Virus record (IMG/VR): IMGVR_UViG_3300032293_000813
Location: 87,000 to 150,999 of that record
Source: a virus
Taxonomy: Duplodnaviria > Heunggongvirae > Uroviricota > Caudoviricetes
Strand: one strand, 5' to 3'
Length of the DNA: 64,000 nt
This document shows, piece after piece, positions 9,813 to 19,747 of this stretch. The translations under genes and the position numbers were made by a program. The first letter of the stretch is position 1. Each line of letters opens with the position of its first letter. Under the pieces are notes generated by a model. The model saw only the letters and a program-made list of their open reading frames with translations. It did not search any database and was not told where the DNA came from.

Positions 9813-10496
9813 TTAAACCAAATATTGTATATTATGTTTCATAGTTTCATACTGAACATTGAAAAGAAGTGCAAACCTATTAACATCCTCCTTCACCTCG
9901 CTGACCATATGAAACGGGTCTGATTCGCCACTAAAATTAAGGAATAATATATCAGCAAAGGTTGGAACTATTTCTTCATCTTCAACTACAAATAATCCCC
10001 CATATTCTTTCTTGTATTCTTTGTTCAAATATATCAATATATTAGCAGGTTTCCTGTGAGGGAATTCTTCATACCCATCTGGTTTACCATCTCTATGACC
10101 ATTTAATCCACCTCCTTTAATATAGAGTGTTAATAATGGCTTTCCTATAAATAATGTGTGTCTTTTTTGACATTCGTTTTTGAATAATTCAAATGATTTA
10201 TTCAATATCCAATTATGTAGTTTTGGGTAATCACTCCATTCTAATTCTCCACCATTTAAACACAGTTGACCTATTATGGAATCAGGCATAGATTCATATC
10301 TCTCCGCAATCATATTCATAAAAGATTTAGCTTTATCATGTGATTCATGCACCTCCATCATCCCGAACTCACCTGGACCTCTATGAATTGTTTTAGTGTA
10401 TTTTTGCAAATCAGTTGATATCTGATATATCTTATCTAATTCTTCTTTTAAATGATTTATATCATATAAGTTCTCTTTGTAGTATGCACCTTCCAT
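9813..10496 (-). CDS. putative 2OG-Fe(II) oxygenase-like protein
   Basis: NGHRDG (HxD) ... FHMVSEV ... NRFAL arrangement; weak. Confidence 0.35.
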   Translation of the reverse strand: MEGAYYKENLYDINHLKEELDKIYQISTDLQKYTKTIHRGPGEFGMMEVHESHDKAKSFMNMIAERYESMPDSIIGQLCLNGGELEWSDYPKLHNWILNKSFELFKNECQKRHTLFIGKPLLTLYIKGGGLNGHRDGKPDGYEEFPHRKPANILIYLNKEYKKEYGGLFVVEDEEIVPTFADILFLNFSGESDPFHMVSEVKEDVNRFALLFNVQYETMKHNIQYLV

Positions 10497-10552
10497 AATT
10501 TTGTATTTATGTTATAATTATACATATAATCGTTTTATTAAAATGTTTTGAT

Positions 10553-11515
10553 ATGAAAAAAACCTTCACTATAGATTTCGGTAAATTTGATGAGAATCGA
10601 TTAGTTTCCGAATATTCATTAGATTTCGAAGTACAAGAAAATCCCATAGCCGAATTGTGGTATGATATGTTAAATGGTTTATTGAAAGATGAAACATGGA
10701 AACTAGAAACCCGTTGGGGAGCATTTAAACTACCAACTCGTCATCCTAAGATATTAGTAGATAAACTAAAAAGATGTGTAGAAACGATTAACAACTCTGA
10801 TTGGTTTGAATATCATATTATCGAATCTGATATGATTACGGAAGATTATCCAATGGAGGTTCATAATATTATTCACCATCATTTCGAAACACTAATTGGA
10901 CAAGTGTGGAGGCCATCGGAATATTGGAATAGAATATGTGAAAGACAAGATTGGGCTCTTATAAATGCAGTTAGAGGATTGAATGACCTTTCACATGAAA
11001 TCGAAGAGTGGAATATGAGAGGAGATGCTACAATCTATACTACTTTTATGAATGGCGTTTCTCCAATACAAAAAGTAGAACTCCCAAAAGAAGCGGATGA
11101 ATGGTTTACATTGGATGGTGCATTTGGTAGAGGTTATTTACACTATGCACAATTAGGTAAGACGTGGCAAGAAGTGTGTATCGATGATGATGACCAAATA
11201 GAACCAGGTAATATTTCCGAACACCGTTTACTTAGTGGAGAGTTTGATTTACAATTCTCTTTATTTGATAGAACTCACGAAGGTATGATTGAATCTTTTG
11301 GTATGAGAGATAAACTCGCTAAATTTGAAAAAACACCTGAAGATAAAAGTCTGAGATTAGGATATTGTCCTGTATTTGATATAAAGGGACAGGATAAGTT
11401 TAGTACGTTAGATAAAGAAAATATAATTGATGGGGTTAGAAATCATCCCCAAATCATACGAATGAAAATAGAAAATACGGGTCGAGCATTTACTCCATAC
11501 TACGACCCATACTAA
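10553..11515 (+). CDS. hypothetical protein (only plus-strand gene in the first 56 kb)
   Basis: 320-aa ORF in the intergenic space between minus-strand genes. Confidence 0.5.
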   Translation: MKKTFTIDFGKFDENRLVSEYSLDFEVQENPIAELWYDMLNGLLKDETWKLETRWGAFKLPTRHPKILVDKLKRCVETINNSDWFEYHIIESDMITEDYPMEVHNIIHHHFETLIGQVWRPSEYWNRICERQDWALINAVRGLNDLSHEIEEWNMRGDATIYTTFMNGVSPIQKVELPKEADEWFTLDGAFGRGYLHYAQLGKTWQEVCIDDDDQIEPGNISEHRLLSGEFDLQFSLFDRTHEGMIESFGMRDKLAKFEKTPEDKSLRLGYCPVFDIKGQDKFSTLDKENIIDGVRNHPQIIRMKIENTGRAFTPYYDPY

Positions 11516-12179
11516 TTAACTTTTCCGCTAAAACTTTATTACCTTCTTCTGAAAGATGTAAATCTTCTTTTGAGTAAGTTAAGTTATTTTTCTTAGCCCA
11601 ATTAAGACAAGATAATTCATTCCCAAATCTAATAAAATTAATTTTGTTAAACATAGGAGTGGATTTGTACCAGGTATCAAAGTATATGAATATTATTTTA
11701 GAACCCATCTTTTCTACACTACTTTGAATATTATATAAAGAATAGAGTAATTTGTTATACTCATAATCATCATTATACATATACGTCTGATAATCTCTAA
11801 ATAATTGTATTTTCTTTTCGTAAAATTCAATAGATGAGTAATCATTCTTATCAAACATAATTTTAAAATTAGAAACAACTTCATTTCCTATATCAGGATT
11901 GATTAAATTCTGTAATGATATTAAGTTTCTAAATTTAGAATCATAATAAGAATATCTGGTTAAGAATGTAGGTTGAAATAAAATTAGTGAATTCTTTAAT
12001 TCATATTGGTGGTATCTCTTATTGAATTCATGTATAATAGATTCATTTGAATTACCAGGAATAGAATGATTCTGATACTGAACTCCATAATCGTTTGCTA
12101 CTAAATCAACAAATCCTTTGGTAAAATCCTGTCTCCAACAGGAAAAAGAACAACCAAAGGATATAATGCTATTTATCAT
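11490..12179 (-). CDS. SGNH/GDSL-hydrolase-like paralog 1 (GCS variant)
   Basis: N-terminal ISFGCSFSCW resembles SGNH block I and matches three other paralogs in the window. Confidence 0.4.
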   Translation of the reverse strand: MINSIISFGCSFSCWRQDFTKGFVDLVANDYGVQYQNHSIPGNSNESIIHEFNKRYHQYELKNSLILFQPTFLTRYSYYDSKFRNLISLQNLINPDIGNEVVSNFKIMFDKNDYSSIEFYEKKIQLFRDYQTYMYNDDYEYNKLLYSLYNIQSSVEKMGSKIIFIYFDTWYKSTPMFNKINFIRFGNELSCLNWAKKNNLTYSKEDLHLSEEGNKVLAEKLISMGRSME

Positions 12180-12188
12180 AATTAATAT

Positions 12189-12557
12189 TGGTGGAGGTGG
12201 AGGGAGTCGAACCCTCGTCCAAATACGGATTTAATAAACCTCATTCACAAGCTTAGTTAGTTTTTCTTAACTAACAAAATAGATAAAGATTTATACATTC
12301 GTTATCATTAATGTTCCAATTCGATTTCGGGTTCAATTGGTCTCCACCTGAGTTCACATTCTATTTTAAGTCCCACGATGTGTGCGGGAGGGATTAGGCT
12401 GCTATAGCGTAATCAGCACCAACGAATGCCATAGCATCTTCGAAGGTCATTGTAGATAATTCTACGTCGTTTATTGTTCGATAGGTATTTAAGGATTTCC
12501 ATCTAACCCTGCTTGCAACTTACCAACTCATCGTACCTGTCAAAACCAGGCACCCCC
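12189..12557 (-). ncRNA. ssrA: tmRNA (SsrA), one-piece, ~369 nt
   Basis: The 5' end GGGGGUGCCUGGUUUUGACAGG resembles E. coli GGGGCUGAUUCUGGAUUCGACGGG. The 3' end GGACGAGGGUUCGACUCCCUCCACCUCCACCA resembles E. coli GGACGCGGGUUCAACUCCCGCCAGCUCCACCA; the acceptor stem pairs GGGGGUG with CACCUCC. An internal tag frame ends ...GGU GCU GAU UAC GCU AUA GCA GCC UAA (GADYAIAA*). Confidence 0.8.
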
Positions 12558-12559
12558 AA

Positions 12560-14140
12560 TTATTTTTTGTAGAATATAAATATCGGTTCATATTTGTAGA
12601 ACTGACCACCTATCTTCATACTATTTTTAACACCACTTAAATCAACTCCCGTCATAGGAGACATCGTCATTCGGATTTTACCTTGATACTCCATACCTAA
12701 TTCGGTTAGTATATCAATTGAATCCTGTTCCAATGGATAGAAACTTTTTCCTATCTTAATATCAGCAATGTTCCATAATATATATCTATCATTTCTTAAA
12801 TACTCAAATGCAGTTACCAAAGTAGGTCGTAAAAATCCATCTCTCCAACTTTCGTAGTTACCAAATTTCTTAAATGATTGTGTTTCATCATCAGAATATC
12901 TTTCTCTATCAAAGTAAGGAGGAGAAGTAAATATAAAATCTAATTGACCTTTATACTTTTGGAATCCTTCTTCTTCACTAATAATCTCTGAACCTGTTCT
13001 ATAAATCTCATAGGTATTTTTATGCCCCCAAAATGGATTACATGCTCCAGGTATTTTAGAGTTAAAGAATTCTGCTAAGTATTCATATCTACTCTTACCA
13101 ATTTCAGGAATATAATTTTCTGTATTTGGGTCATTACCAATGTAGTGAATATTTCTATCATCAACCGATAATGCACCTAATATTCTACCTCCCCAACCAG
13201 AAGATGGGTCATAGATATTAATTTGTTTTTGTTCTTTAATGTGGTTTGTATATTTCTGATACAAATACTTTGCAGTTAGTGGTGGAAAGTTTACAGCTGC
13301 TTGTGTGCCCATTCCAATTCTAAATGCCGCAGTTGCCTCAGGAAAAATAGTTTGACCTAATGGATACCACTTTAATTGAATAGGTTGTTTTTCCAATTCA
13401 GTTAACGCATCAATATCTTCTCCCCAATTAGCAGTTTTAAGTGATGAAATATGTTTATACTGAATCACACCTGCTTTATATAATTCCTTCACCTCTTCCG
13501 CAGTAATTGGCAGAGATGGAATCCTACTATCAGTTTGTGCTAAACAGAAATCATGCCCATCCCATACATCACCATTCATCCATTTCTCAATCCATTCTTT
13601 ACCACTTGCCAAATGCGTATTGTGATGTTCTTTATTATCCTTCTCCAATGTTTTAGAGAAACGATACATAGCATCTTGTCGTGTCAATCTCCTCATTTGT
13701 TTTGCAAACTCAGGAAGAAATTCATCGTTACAAAATATATCGTAGATAGATGGTTTTGGTTTATCATAAGAAGAACCACCGATTCCCGTCTTATACATCG
13801 CGGGAAAGAATTGATTTACAGGTGTTGCGAATTTATTAAAATTAAAAATTACATCATTACCCTCATCATCTTTCTCCTCAAACTTTTCCACCTTATAGGT
13901 TTGTAGTTTAGAAAATTGGTCTATAATCTCAGCCTCCGAAGAACCGATACGTGGAGGTGCTCCTGTTTTGTTCCACTCATCTACTACGGTCTTACGGAAC
14001 ATAGCAACCCACTCTTCAAATTCGGTAAGTGTCATCTTAAGAACATCCTCATATTTTAAGTTAATATGGGGTTCGTTAAAATAATCACACTTTTCGTAAA
14101 AATATTTCTTATCTGACATTATATGTTTATTAGAAATCAA
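12560..14140 (-). CDS. DNA amino-methyltransferase (N6-adenine or N4-cytosine) with large N-terminal domain
   Basis: Motif I YDPSSGWGGR followed by motif IV IFTSPPYF. Confidence 0.7.
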   Translation of the reverse strand: MISNKHIMSDKKYFYEKCDYFNEPHINLKYEDVLKMTLTEFEEWVAMFRKTVVDEWNKTGAPPRIGSSEAEIIDQFSKLQTYKVEKFEEKDDEGNDVIFNFNKFATPVNQFFPAMYKTGIGGSSYDKPKPSIYDIFCNDEFLPEFAKQMRRLTRQDAMYRFSKTLEKDNKEHHNTHLASGKEWIEKWMNGDVWDGHDFCLAQTDSRIPSLPITAEEVKELYKAGVIQYKHISSLKTANWGEDIDALTELEKQPIQLKWYPLGQTIFPEATAAFRIGMGTQAAVNFPPLTAKYLYQKYTNHIKEQKQINIYDPSSGWGGRILGALSVDDRNIHYIGNDPNTENYIPEIGKSRYEYLAEFFNSKIPGACNPFWGHKNTYEIYRTGSEIISEEEGFQKYKGQLDFIFTSPPYFDRERYSDDETQSFKKFGNYESWRDGFLRPTLVTAFEYLRNDRYILWNIADIKIGKSFYPLEQDSIDILTELGMEYQGKIRMTMSPMTGVDLSGVKNSMKIGGQFYKYEPIFIFYKK

Positions 14141-14173
14141 AGATACGAAAAATAATCCACATATCCAAATAAA

Positions 14174-15202
14174 TTATTCTCTAATTGTATCCAACGTTAC
14201 ACAATGAGGCCCACCACTAAAGGTTCTAGCATGTCTCATACGGACGGGTATAGAATCTACCCCATACTTCTTTAATTCTTTCATAAGAGGTATCTGTCGT
14301 TCCTCTACTATCATCGTATTCTCATCATAAGAAAGAGTGTTCATTCCCAACCAGGGTGATGCTTCTGCCCAATGTTCTAAACAATTTGTTTCCACCATCT
14401 CAGGAGAGTATATAACCTCCCACGATTGAAAGATTTTAGGTAGGTTGGTATGATTTACCCTTTTAGGATTAACTAAGACCAGTCCCTCTCTAATGAGTAC
14501 AAAAGTGGTATCTATATGGATGAATGCATATACATCTTCTATAGGATGTACATTATACTTTTCTTTCATATTTTCATCCAACCATTTTTGAAGATATTCG
14601 GCTCCTGCTCTGTTGCCGGTATTAGATATTAGGAATAGAATATCGTTATTACACTTAAGAATATTAGCCGCATCAAATACAGGCTCATCATTTCTTAATG
14701 TAGGGCCTGGTAACAATCCCCTATCATATATCGAATCTAATAATTTTGGTTTAGGAAAATCTACCCAATGTGATTCATCGAATAGATGTTTAAATGCTCT
14801 CGTTTCATTTTGTCGTTGGCGGAGAGCCATAGGAGTAGCAATAACTTTATCTTCTATAACTAACATAGAATCTCTAGGGCAGTATCCGTAGTAACCATCT
14901 ACTTCCCAATTTTCAGTTGAATAGGTTTCACTCCAATCGATTAAAGCAGGCCTGTGAACTTTAACACCTAACCCTTCTAATGTTTTACTTAAATTGTTTA
15001 GGTCTTCCGTAGTTTCTTCAATCATCCAATTAGGATAAGTTCCATATGGTATCTTACGAAATTGGTCATCTGTGTAATTAGCGTAATCAATCGTATGTAA
15101 TGATTTATCTCTTATAGTAGGAATCTGAGCAAATTCAGGTCTTCCTACGATTATCTCTTTTAGTTTCCCCCACTCATTTCTTATATAAGGTTTAATCTTC
15201 AT
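14174..15202 (-). CDS. L-arginine:glycine amidinotransferase (AGAT/CyrA/SxtG family)
   Basis: Collinear with human AGAT: [20 protein letters not shown] vs [29 protein letters not shown]...CPRDSMLVI...[36 protein letters not shown]; C-terminal catalytic SGGPHCVT vs GGGFHCWT. Confidence 0.85.
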   Translation of the reverse strand: [342 protein letters not shown]

Positions 15203-15212
15203 AAAAATTTAT

Positions 15213-15782
15213 TTAATCTATAAACGCTGCATTTGCATCTCTATTAGAAAGAATAGGAGTTTGAGTAGGCCAATCTATTTTTAATTTCGGGTCATCCCAT
15301 CTAGCCGTCTTTTGTTTAGTGTCATCATTATATTCACCTTCATACGCCATTTTGTATGTGAAAAGAGAATCATCGGTTAGCACATAGTGACCATTAGCAA
15401 ACATCGGAGGACAGAGTATCTGTATTTGAGTTTGAGGAGACATAATAAATGTTTCAGATTTTAAATATGTTTCCGATTCAGGTCTCATATCAACTAACAC
15501 CGTATATAGTGAACCCAATGGACAACTTAATAGCTTCCACGTCTTATTATCGTAATGCAATCCTCTCAATACTCCTTTATAGGATTGTGAAAATCTATCA
15601 TGTTTAAACTCTAAATCAGTTGGTAATACCTTTGGGAAATAGTCCGTATGAAATGTAGTCCATATTGAGCCCCTAAATTCATGATAAACTGAATTGGATA
15701 TAATTTTTACATCCGTTAAAACTTTACCACTATTGACATGAAATTCATCCCAATTTTGATTTTTGTAAAATAACTTTTCCAT
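15213..15782 (-). CDS. RmlC-like cupin (dTDP-4-dehydrorhamnose 3,5-epimerase family)
   Basis: GVLRGLHYD, KLLSCPLGSLYTVLVDMRPESETY, FANGHYVL, RWDDPKLKIDWP and LSNRDANA align with RmlC motifs. Confidence 0.8.
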   Translation of the reverse strand: MEKLFYKNQNWDEFHVNSGKVLTDVKIISNSVYHEFRGSIWTTFHTDYFPKVLPTDLEFKHDRFSQSYKGVLRGLHYDNKTWKLLSCPLGSLYTVLVDMRPESETYLKSETFIMSPQTQIQILCPPMFANGHYVLTDDSLFTYKMAYEGEYNDDTKQKTARWDDPKLKIDWPTQTPILSNRDANAAFID

Positions 15783-16423
15783 TATATTAAATTTTGTTTG
15801 TTTTTATTAATTCTAATTTTCCTATATGGCGATAACACATATTCTTCATAGTGAACATCACTCATCTCCATACCTAAATATTTAAATAAATCTCTAATGT
15901 TAGATTTATCATGTTCTACAAATATATCTTCATAGTAGAATATAGGAAATTTTTTATCATATGATATCTTATGAAGAATTTCACTTGATTCCATATACCT
16001 ACTAAACATTGTTTTAATGTAAGATGGTTCTATTTTATCAACATCGTAAATCTTAGGAGTATGCCACCCAATACCTCTTTCCCTCATAGATGTTTCATTG
16101 ATAGCAAAACTTTCCGATTGAGCAAGTTTATCCTTCCTATCCAATATAATTATTTTATCAAAAAAAGTGTAACACCAATCGAGATATTCATATACATTCT
16201 TAAATGAATCAATCGGATAATCATCTATACCAATTAAAAATAAATTTTTAATTAATATGTTTTCTACATTTAAAATAGAATCTATTTTCTTTAGATATTG
16301 ATTGAATTCGTAATTGAATGGCTCTATAAGAGTTGTATGATTAGATAATTTTATATGAGAATCTATCAATTTAACCAATGAAGTAGAACCACTTCTAGGT
16401 GTAGCTAATATTAATATTCTCAT
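15782..16423 (-). CDS. Stf0-like sulfotransferase
   Basis: ILILATPRSGSTSLVKLIDSH matches the Stf0 5'-PSB PAPS-binding loop (ILASQRSGSTLLVESL). Confidence 0.65.
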   Translation of the reverse strand: MRILILATPRSGSTSLVKLIDSHIKLSNHTTLIEPFNYEFNQYLKKIDSILNVENILIKNLFLIGIDDYPIDSFKNVYEYLDWCYTFFDKIIILDRKDKLAQSESFAINETSMRERGIGWHTPKIYDVDKIEPSYIKTMFSRYMESSEILHKISYDKKFPIFYYEDIFVEHDKSNIRDLFKYLGMEMSDVHYEEYVLSPYRKIRINKNKQNLI

Positions 16424-16489
16424 AAAATATATTCGAATGTTATAACCATAGTAACAAATATAATAAAAATTTGTTACATTACCAAATGA

Positions 16490-17035
16490 TTATAATAAAT
16501 TAATCCTTTTGATATGTGGTTCGCTAATAAATATTGTTAATGATTTCCTACTTCCCTTTATAATAGGAGTAACCTCGTGTGGCACTTTTACTCCAAATGT
16601 ATAAGTGTACCCGATTGTTCTGGGTATCAATTCTTTCACATCATTTCTATAAACATACATATCCCCACCTTCGTAATCAAACTCATTGGAAAGTTGTACA
16701 CAAACCGTCATATATCTTCTAGGTGTCGGAGTCGGCGGTTCATCTATGTGTTTCATAAAAAAATCACCAATTTCATATTTCCTAAATACGGCGTGTGGAT
16801 GATTTATTAACTCAAACCCCAAATGTAGAGAGCTAATCCATTGTGATAGTTTTATAAAAACCCAATCAATATCTTCATCCCAATTTAATTCACTACTTTG
16901 CATTTTACATCCGATATCATTCCATTTACCATCCATAAAAACTGGATATAATGTATCAGATGTTTCCCCCATATGAACCAGCAAAGACCGAATTTCATCC
17001 GAAGAAAACAAATTAGTATGTGCTATATGATTCAC
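16490..17035 (-). CDS. 2OG-Fe(II) oxygenase
   Basis: HIDE (HxD) ... PHEVTP (His) ... RKSLTIF (RxS). Confidence 0.55.
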   Translation of the reverse strand: MNHIAHTNLFSSDEIRSLLVHMGETSDTLYPVFMDGKWNDIGCKMQSSELNWDEDIDWVFIKLSQWISSLHLGFELINHPHAVFRKYEIGDFFMKHIDEPPTPTPRRYMTVCVQLSNEFDYEGGDMYVYRNDVKELIPRTIGYTYTFGVKVPHEVTPIIKGSRKSLTIFISEPHIKRINLL

Positions 17036-17201
17036 TATCTAATATAAAGTATCTATGATAAATGTTTAGCTTTAATTCTATCTACTACCTCCTTCATTGC
17101 CAAAGATGTTTTAGTTTTCAATTCGGGTGTAATAGGGGCAATTACAACTTTAATTACAGTCTGCGGTCTTTCAATTTTATTTATAATCATTTTTATATTA
17201 T

Positions 17202-18686
17202 TTAAGCTTTTGCAAATCTTTCTATACACGCGGGGCACCACGATGAATAACACCAGTCTCCACAATAACTCCATGGACACCAACATGGGTTATGCATTAC
17301 CCCAAAATCACCTGTACCCAAATCAACTAAAAATAAATCCGATGGCTCGAAATCTAAAGCATATACCATCATTTTAGCATGCTCCATTTCTAATGATGCA
17401 ATTTCTAATGTAGTTAATTCTGATGTTGTGGAATCTGTTATTACTATTTTATCCCCCACATACATTTTATTTAATATCTCAAATCTAGTTGCAGAAGAAC
17501 CTGATTCTTCAATATAATATGTACATGCAGGTGAATCTATCCAATTTCTACCATCTGTTAATGTAACTCTGATAAACATAGTATCAACTGATGCAGAAGT
17601 TACAAAATTCAAACTAGAACTAGTCTGAGTTAAAGTTTGGTTAGATTGTTGTAAATTACTTTCCCAACCTAACACATCCAATTTACCTTCTTCAAAATTA
17701 CCACCATGATTACCATTAAAATCAACGAAATCAATAGAACGGATATAGCTACCTAATTGTATAGTGTCAGCCCTTTGCAAAGAACCGGTATAATCTATAA
17801 TCATTGAATCCTCGTCCGTATGATATTCGTGCTTTACATCATCTATTCTTTTTGTAATATATTTGTATCTACTTTTCTGGTCAAGTTTAGTTGAACCACT
17901 TATAAATTCAGTTGCGAAATTAGAAAGGGGTACAATGGTGGATTGTTTATATCCACCCATATTAATAACATCTAGAGTAGGACCGTATAATATATCAATA
18001 TTTCTTATTATAGAATACCTATCCTCTACCAAATTATCCTCAGAATATACAAATTCTTGCACTAAATAATTAGTGGGTAAATTACCTTTTATATTATCCA
18101 ACTCTGACTGATTACTCAATGTATGAAGTTCTGGATATAAAACTTTATCGTATTCAGGATATCTAGCTTTTATCAAAAGATTTGGGTTCGAAGTAGAGGT
18201 ATAATCTACTGAATCCAATGTATCTAAATTTACTTCAGCAGTTTCAAAAAATGTTTTTGGGATATACTCAGAAGTATGCATTAAATTAAAAAACTCAAAT
18301 TTATCAGCGCAATATGTTTCATCTACCAATGCAGTTGTATCATATGATTGTCTTAATATAAATTTAGTAGGAGAATCTTCTATATAAGGTACAGTGATTG
18401 AACCCAATGGAACAATATATTCGGCGAATGTAATATTACTTCCCGAACATCTTTCTTCTAAAATTTGTTTAAATCTATATGGTTCATATAAAGGTGTAAA
18501 CGCATCTGTTTCTGTCCAAATATAGTGAAATTCCGTAACTCCACTTGAACTCAGCATATTAAATAAACTATCATAATCTAGTATATCTGCCCCCTGATTA
18601 TAAATCGTTGTATTGGTATTAATTTCTAAAAACTTGACATCTCCATTATATTCTAATAAATCACTGCCAATTATTACTCCTTTCAT
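17202..18686 (-). CDS. hypothetical 494-aa protein with Cys/Trp-rich C-terminal tail
   Basis: C-terminus HNPCWCPWSYCGDWCYSSWCPACIERFAKA; no confident family. Confidence 0.5.
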   Translation of the reverse strand: MKGVIIGSDLLEYNGDVKFLEINTNTTIYNQGADILDYDSLFNMLSSSGVTEFHYIWTETDAFTPLYEPYRFKQILEERCSGSNITFAEYIVPLGSITVPYIEDSPTKFILRQSYDTTALVDETYCADKFEFFNLMHTSEYIPKTFFETAEVNLDTLDSVDYTSTSNPNLLIKARYPEYDKVLYPELHTLSNQSELDNIKGNLPTNYLVQEFVYSEDNLVEDRYSIIRNIDILYGPTLDVINMGGYKQSTIVPLSNFATEFISGSTKLDQKSRYKYITKRIDDVKHEYHTDEDSMIIDYTGSLQRADTIQLGSYIRSIDFVDFNGNHGGNFEEGKLDVLGWESNLQQSNQTLTQTSSSLNFVTSASVDTMFIRVTLTDGRNWIDSPACTYYIEESGSSATRFEILNKMYVGDKIVITDSTTSELTTLEIASLEMEHAKMMVYALDFEPSDLFLVDLGTGDFGVMHNPCWCPWSYCGDWCYSSWCPACIERFAKA

Positions 18687-18722
18687 ATAGTATTCTGTTA
18701 ATTTAGTATAAATATCCGTTTT

Positions 18723-19013
18723 TTATATTATAGTATCCTTAGATTTCTTAATTAATCGTTCCATATATTTAGAATCAATATCCTCCCACTTCTCCATTGG
18801 ACATGGGTTAAACATAGGAGAGAATACCTTTTTACCTAATGGACACCCACACAACTTACACACCGTAGACCATTTAATTCCCCTAAGTGTCTCCTTTCTG
18901 TGTTCACATGATTTGCATATTTCCAACCTATCCTTTGCCATAGATTTCTGAGATTCCGATGGATTTTTAGAAATTACCCAAGCTTCAAATATTTCTTTAT
19001 AGTTTGGTATCAT
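18723..19013 (-). CDS. Cys-rich putative zinc-binding protein
   Basis: CKSCEH...CKLCGC...NPCP. Confidence 0.4.
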   Translation of the reverse strand: MIPNYKEIFEAWVISKNPSESQKSMAKDRLEICKSCEHRKETLRGIKWSTVCKLCGCPLGKKVFSPMFNPCPMEKWEDIDSKYMERLIKKSKDTII

Positions 19014-19747
19014 ATTATCGATTTATTACTTTTTGGGGATTCATAATATTCGTATATAGAATCATACCTTAGCATAAATTCACTATCCAATTGTATAGCC
19101 GTTTTCACAAATGAACTAGAATTTACATGCTTTAATTTGAATTCAACATTAGTAATATTAGATACCCATTCTTCTAATTTATACATCTCATTGATATTAA
19201 ACCAAATAATATTTTTATGGTGGATATGCCAATGTGAAAGCGGGGTGATTAAAATATCAATTATATTATTAATATATCGATATGATGCATCATATCTTAA
19301 CTCCGGTATTATGTTAAATAAATATTCGTTTATGATGTGGTGTCTATTTTTATTTGTCATAATATCATCTGTATTAAAAAAGAATAATTCATCTAATGTA
19401 AAATTAGAAAATTTATATGATAATTCCCTTGCACCAATTCTTTCTAAATCAAATATAATATGCTTGTATAGTGAATAAAATCTTTCATATTTATTACGTT
19501 TTACCGCTATAATAGGTAAATCGTAACCAAATTTATTTTGTAATTCGGATAGAGGTGAATGCCCATGCTCTATAAAATTCATTATATCCGATTCATCTAT
19601 GGAATTAAAATCTATCTTAGAATTATCAAAATCAGCTTTAGTATCTAAATTTTTTACAGTTAGACCATTTATTATACATGAATAATGAAATGAAGTAGAA
19701 CCACAACGTGGTAATGAAATATATAGAAATTTATTATCTACTAACAT
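19010..19747 (-). CDS. putative sulfotransferase (Sulfotransfer_2-like)
   Basis: N-terminal FLYISLPRCGSTSF resembles the carbohydrate-sulfotransferase PAPS loop (hIhIPKtGGTs). Confidence 0.45.
   Translation of the reverse strand: MLVDNKFLYISLPRCGSTSFHYSCIINGLTVKNLDTKADFDNSKIDFNSIDESDIMNFIEHGHSPLSELQNKFGYDLPIIAVKRNKYERFYSLYKHIIFDLERIGARELSYKFSNFTLDELFFFNTDDIMTNKNRHHIINEYLFNIIPELRYDASYRYINNIIDILITPLSHWHIHHKNIIWFNINEMYKLEEWVSNITNVEFKLKHVNSSSFVKTAIQLDSEFMLRYDSIYEYYESPKSNKSII

Noticed and set aside
12189-12557. tRNA with a large (group I-type) intron: a tRNA-like 3' end (T-arm GAGGGTTCGACTCCCTC + CACCTCCACCA) with the matching 5' acceptor strand ~370 nt away
   Set aside because: The 5' GGGGGUGCCUGGUUUUGACAGG and 3' GGACGAGGGUUCGACUCCC..CUCCACCA ends, the ~369-nt length and the internal tag ORF ending ..YAIAA-UAA fit tmRNA far better. 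No anticodon stem-loop or D-arm of a normal tRNA is present.
12576-12583. T4-late-promoter-like TATAAATA on the plus strand
   Set aside because: It lies antisense inside the 3' end of the methyltransferase gene with no plus-strand gene downstream; expected by chance in ~30% GC DNA.
17053-17286. 77-aa minus-strand ORF overlapping the 3' end of the 494-aa gene
   Set aside because: It overlaps 17202-17286 of a much longer ORF in another frame; possibly real but unsupported.
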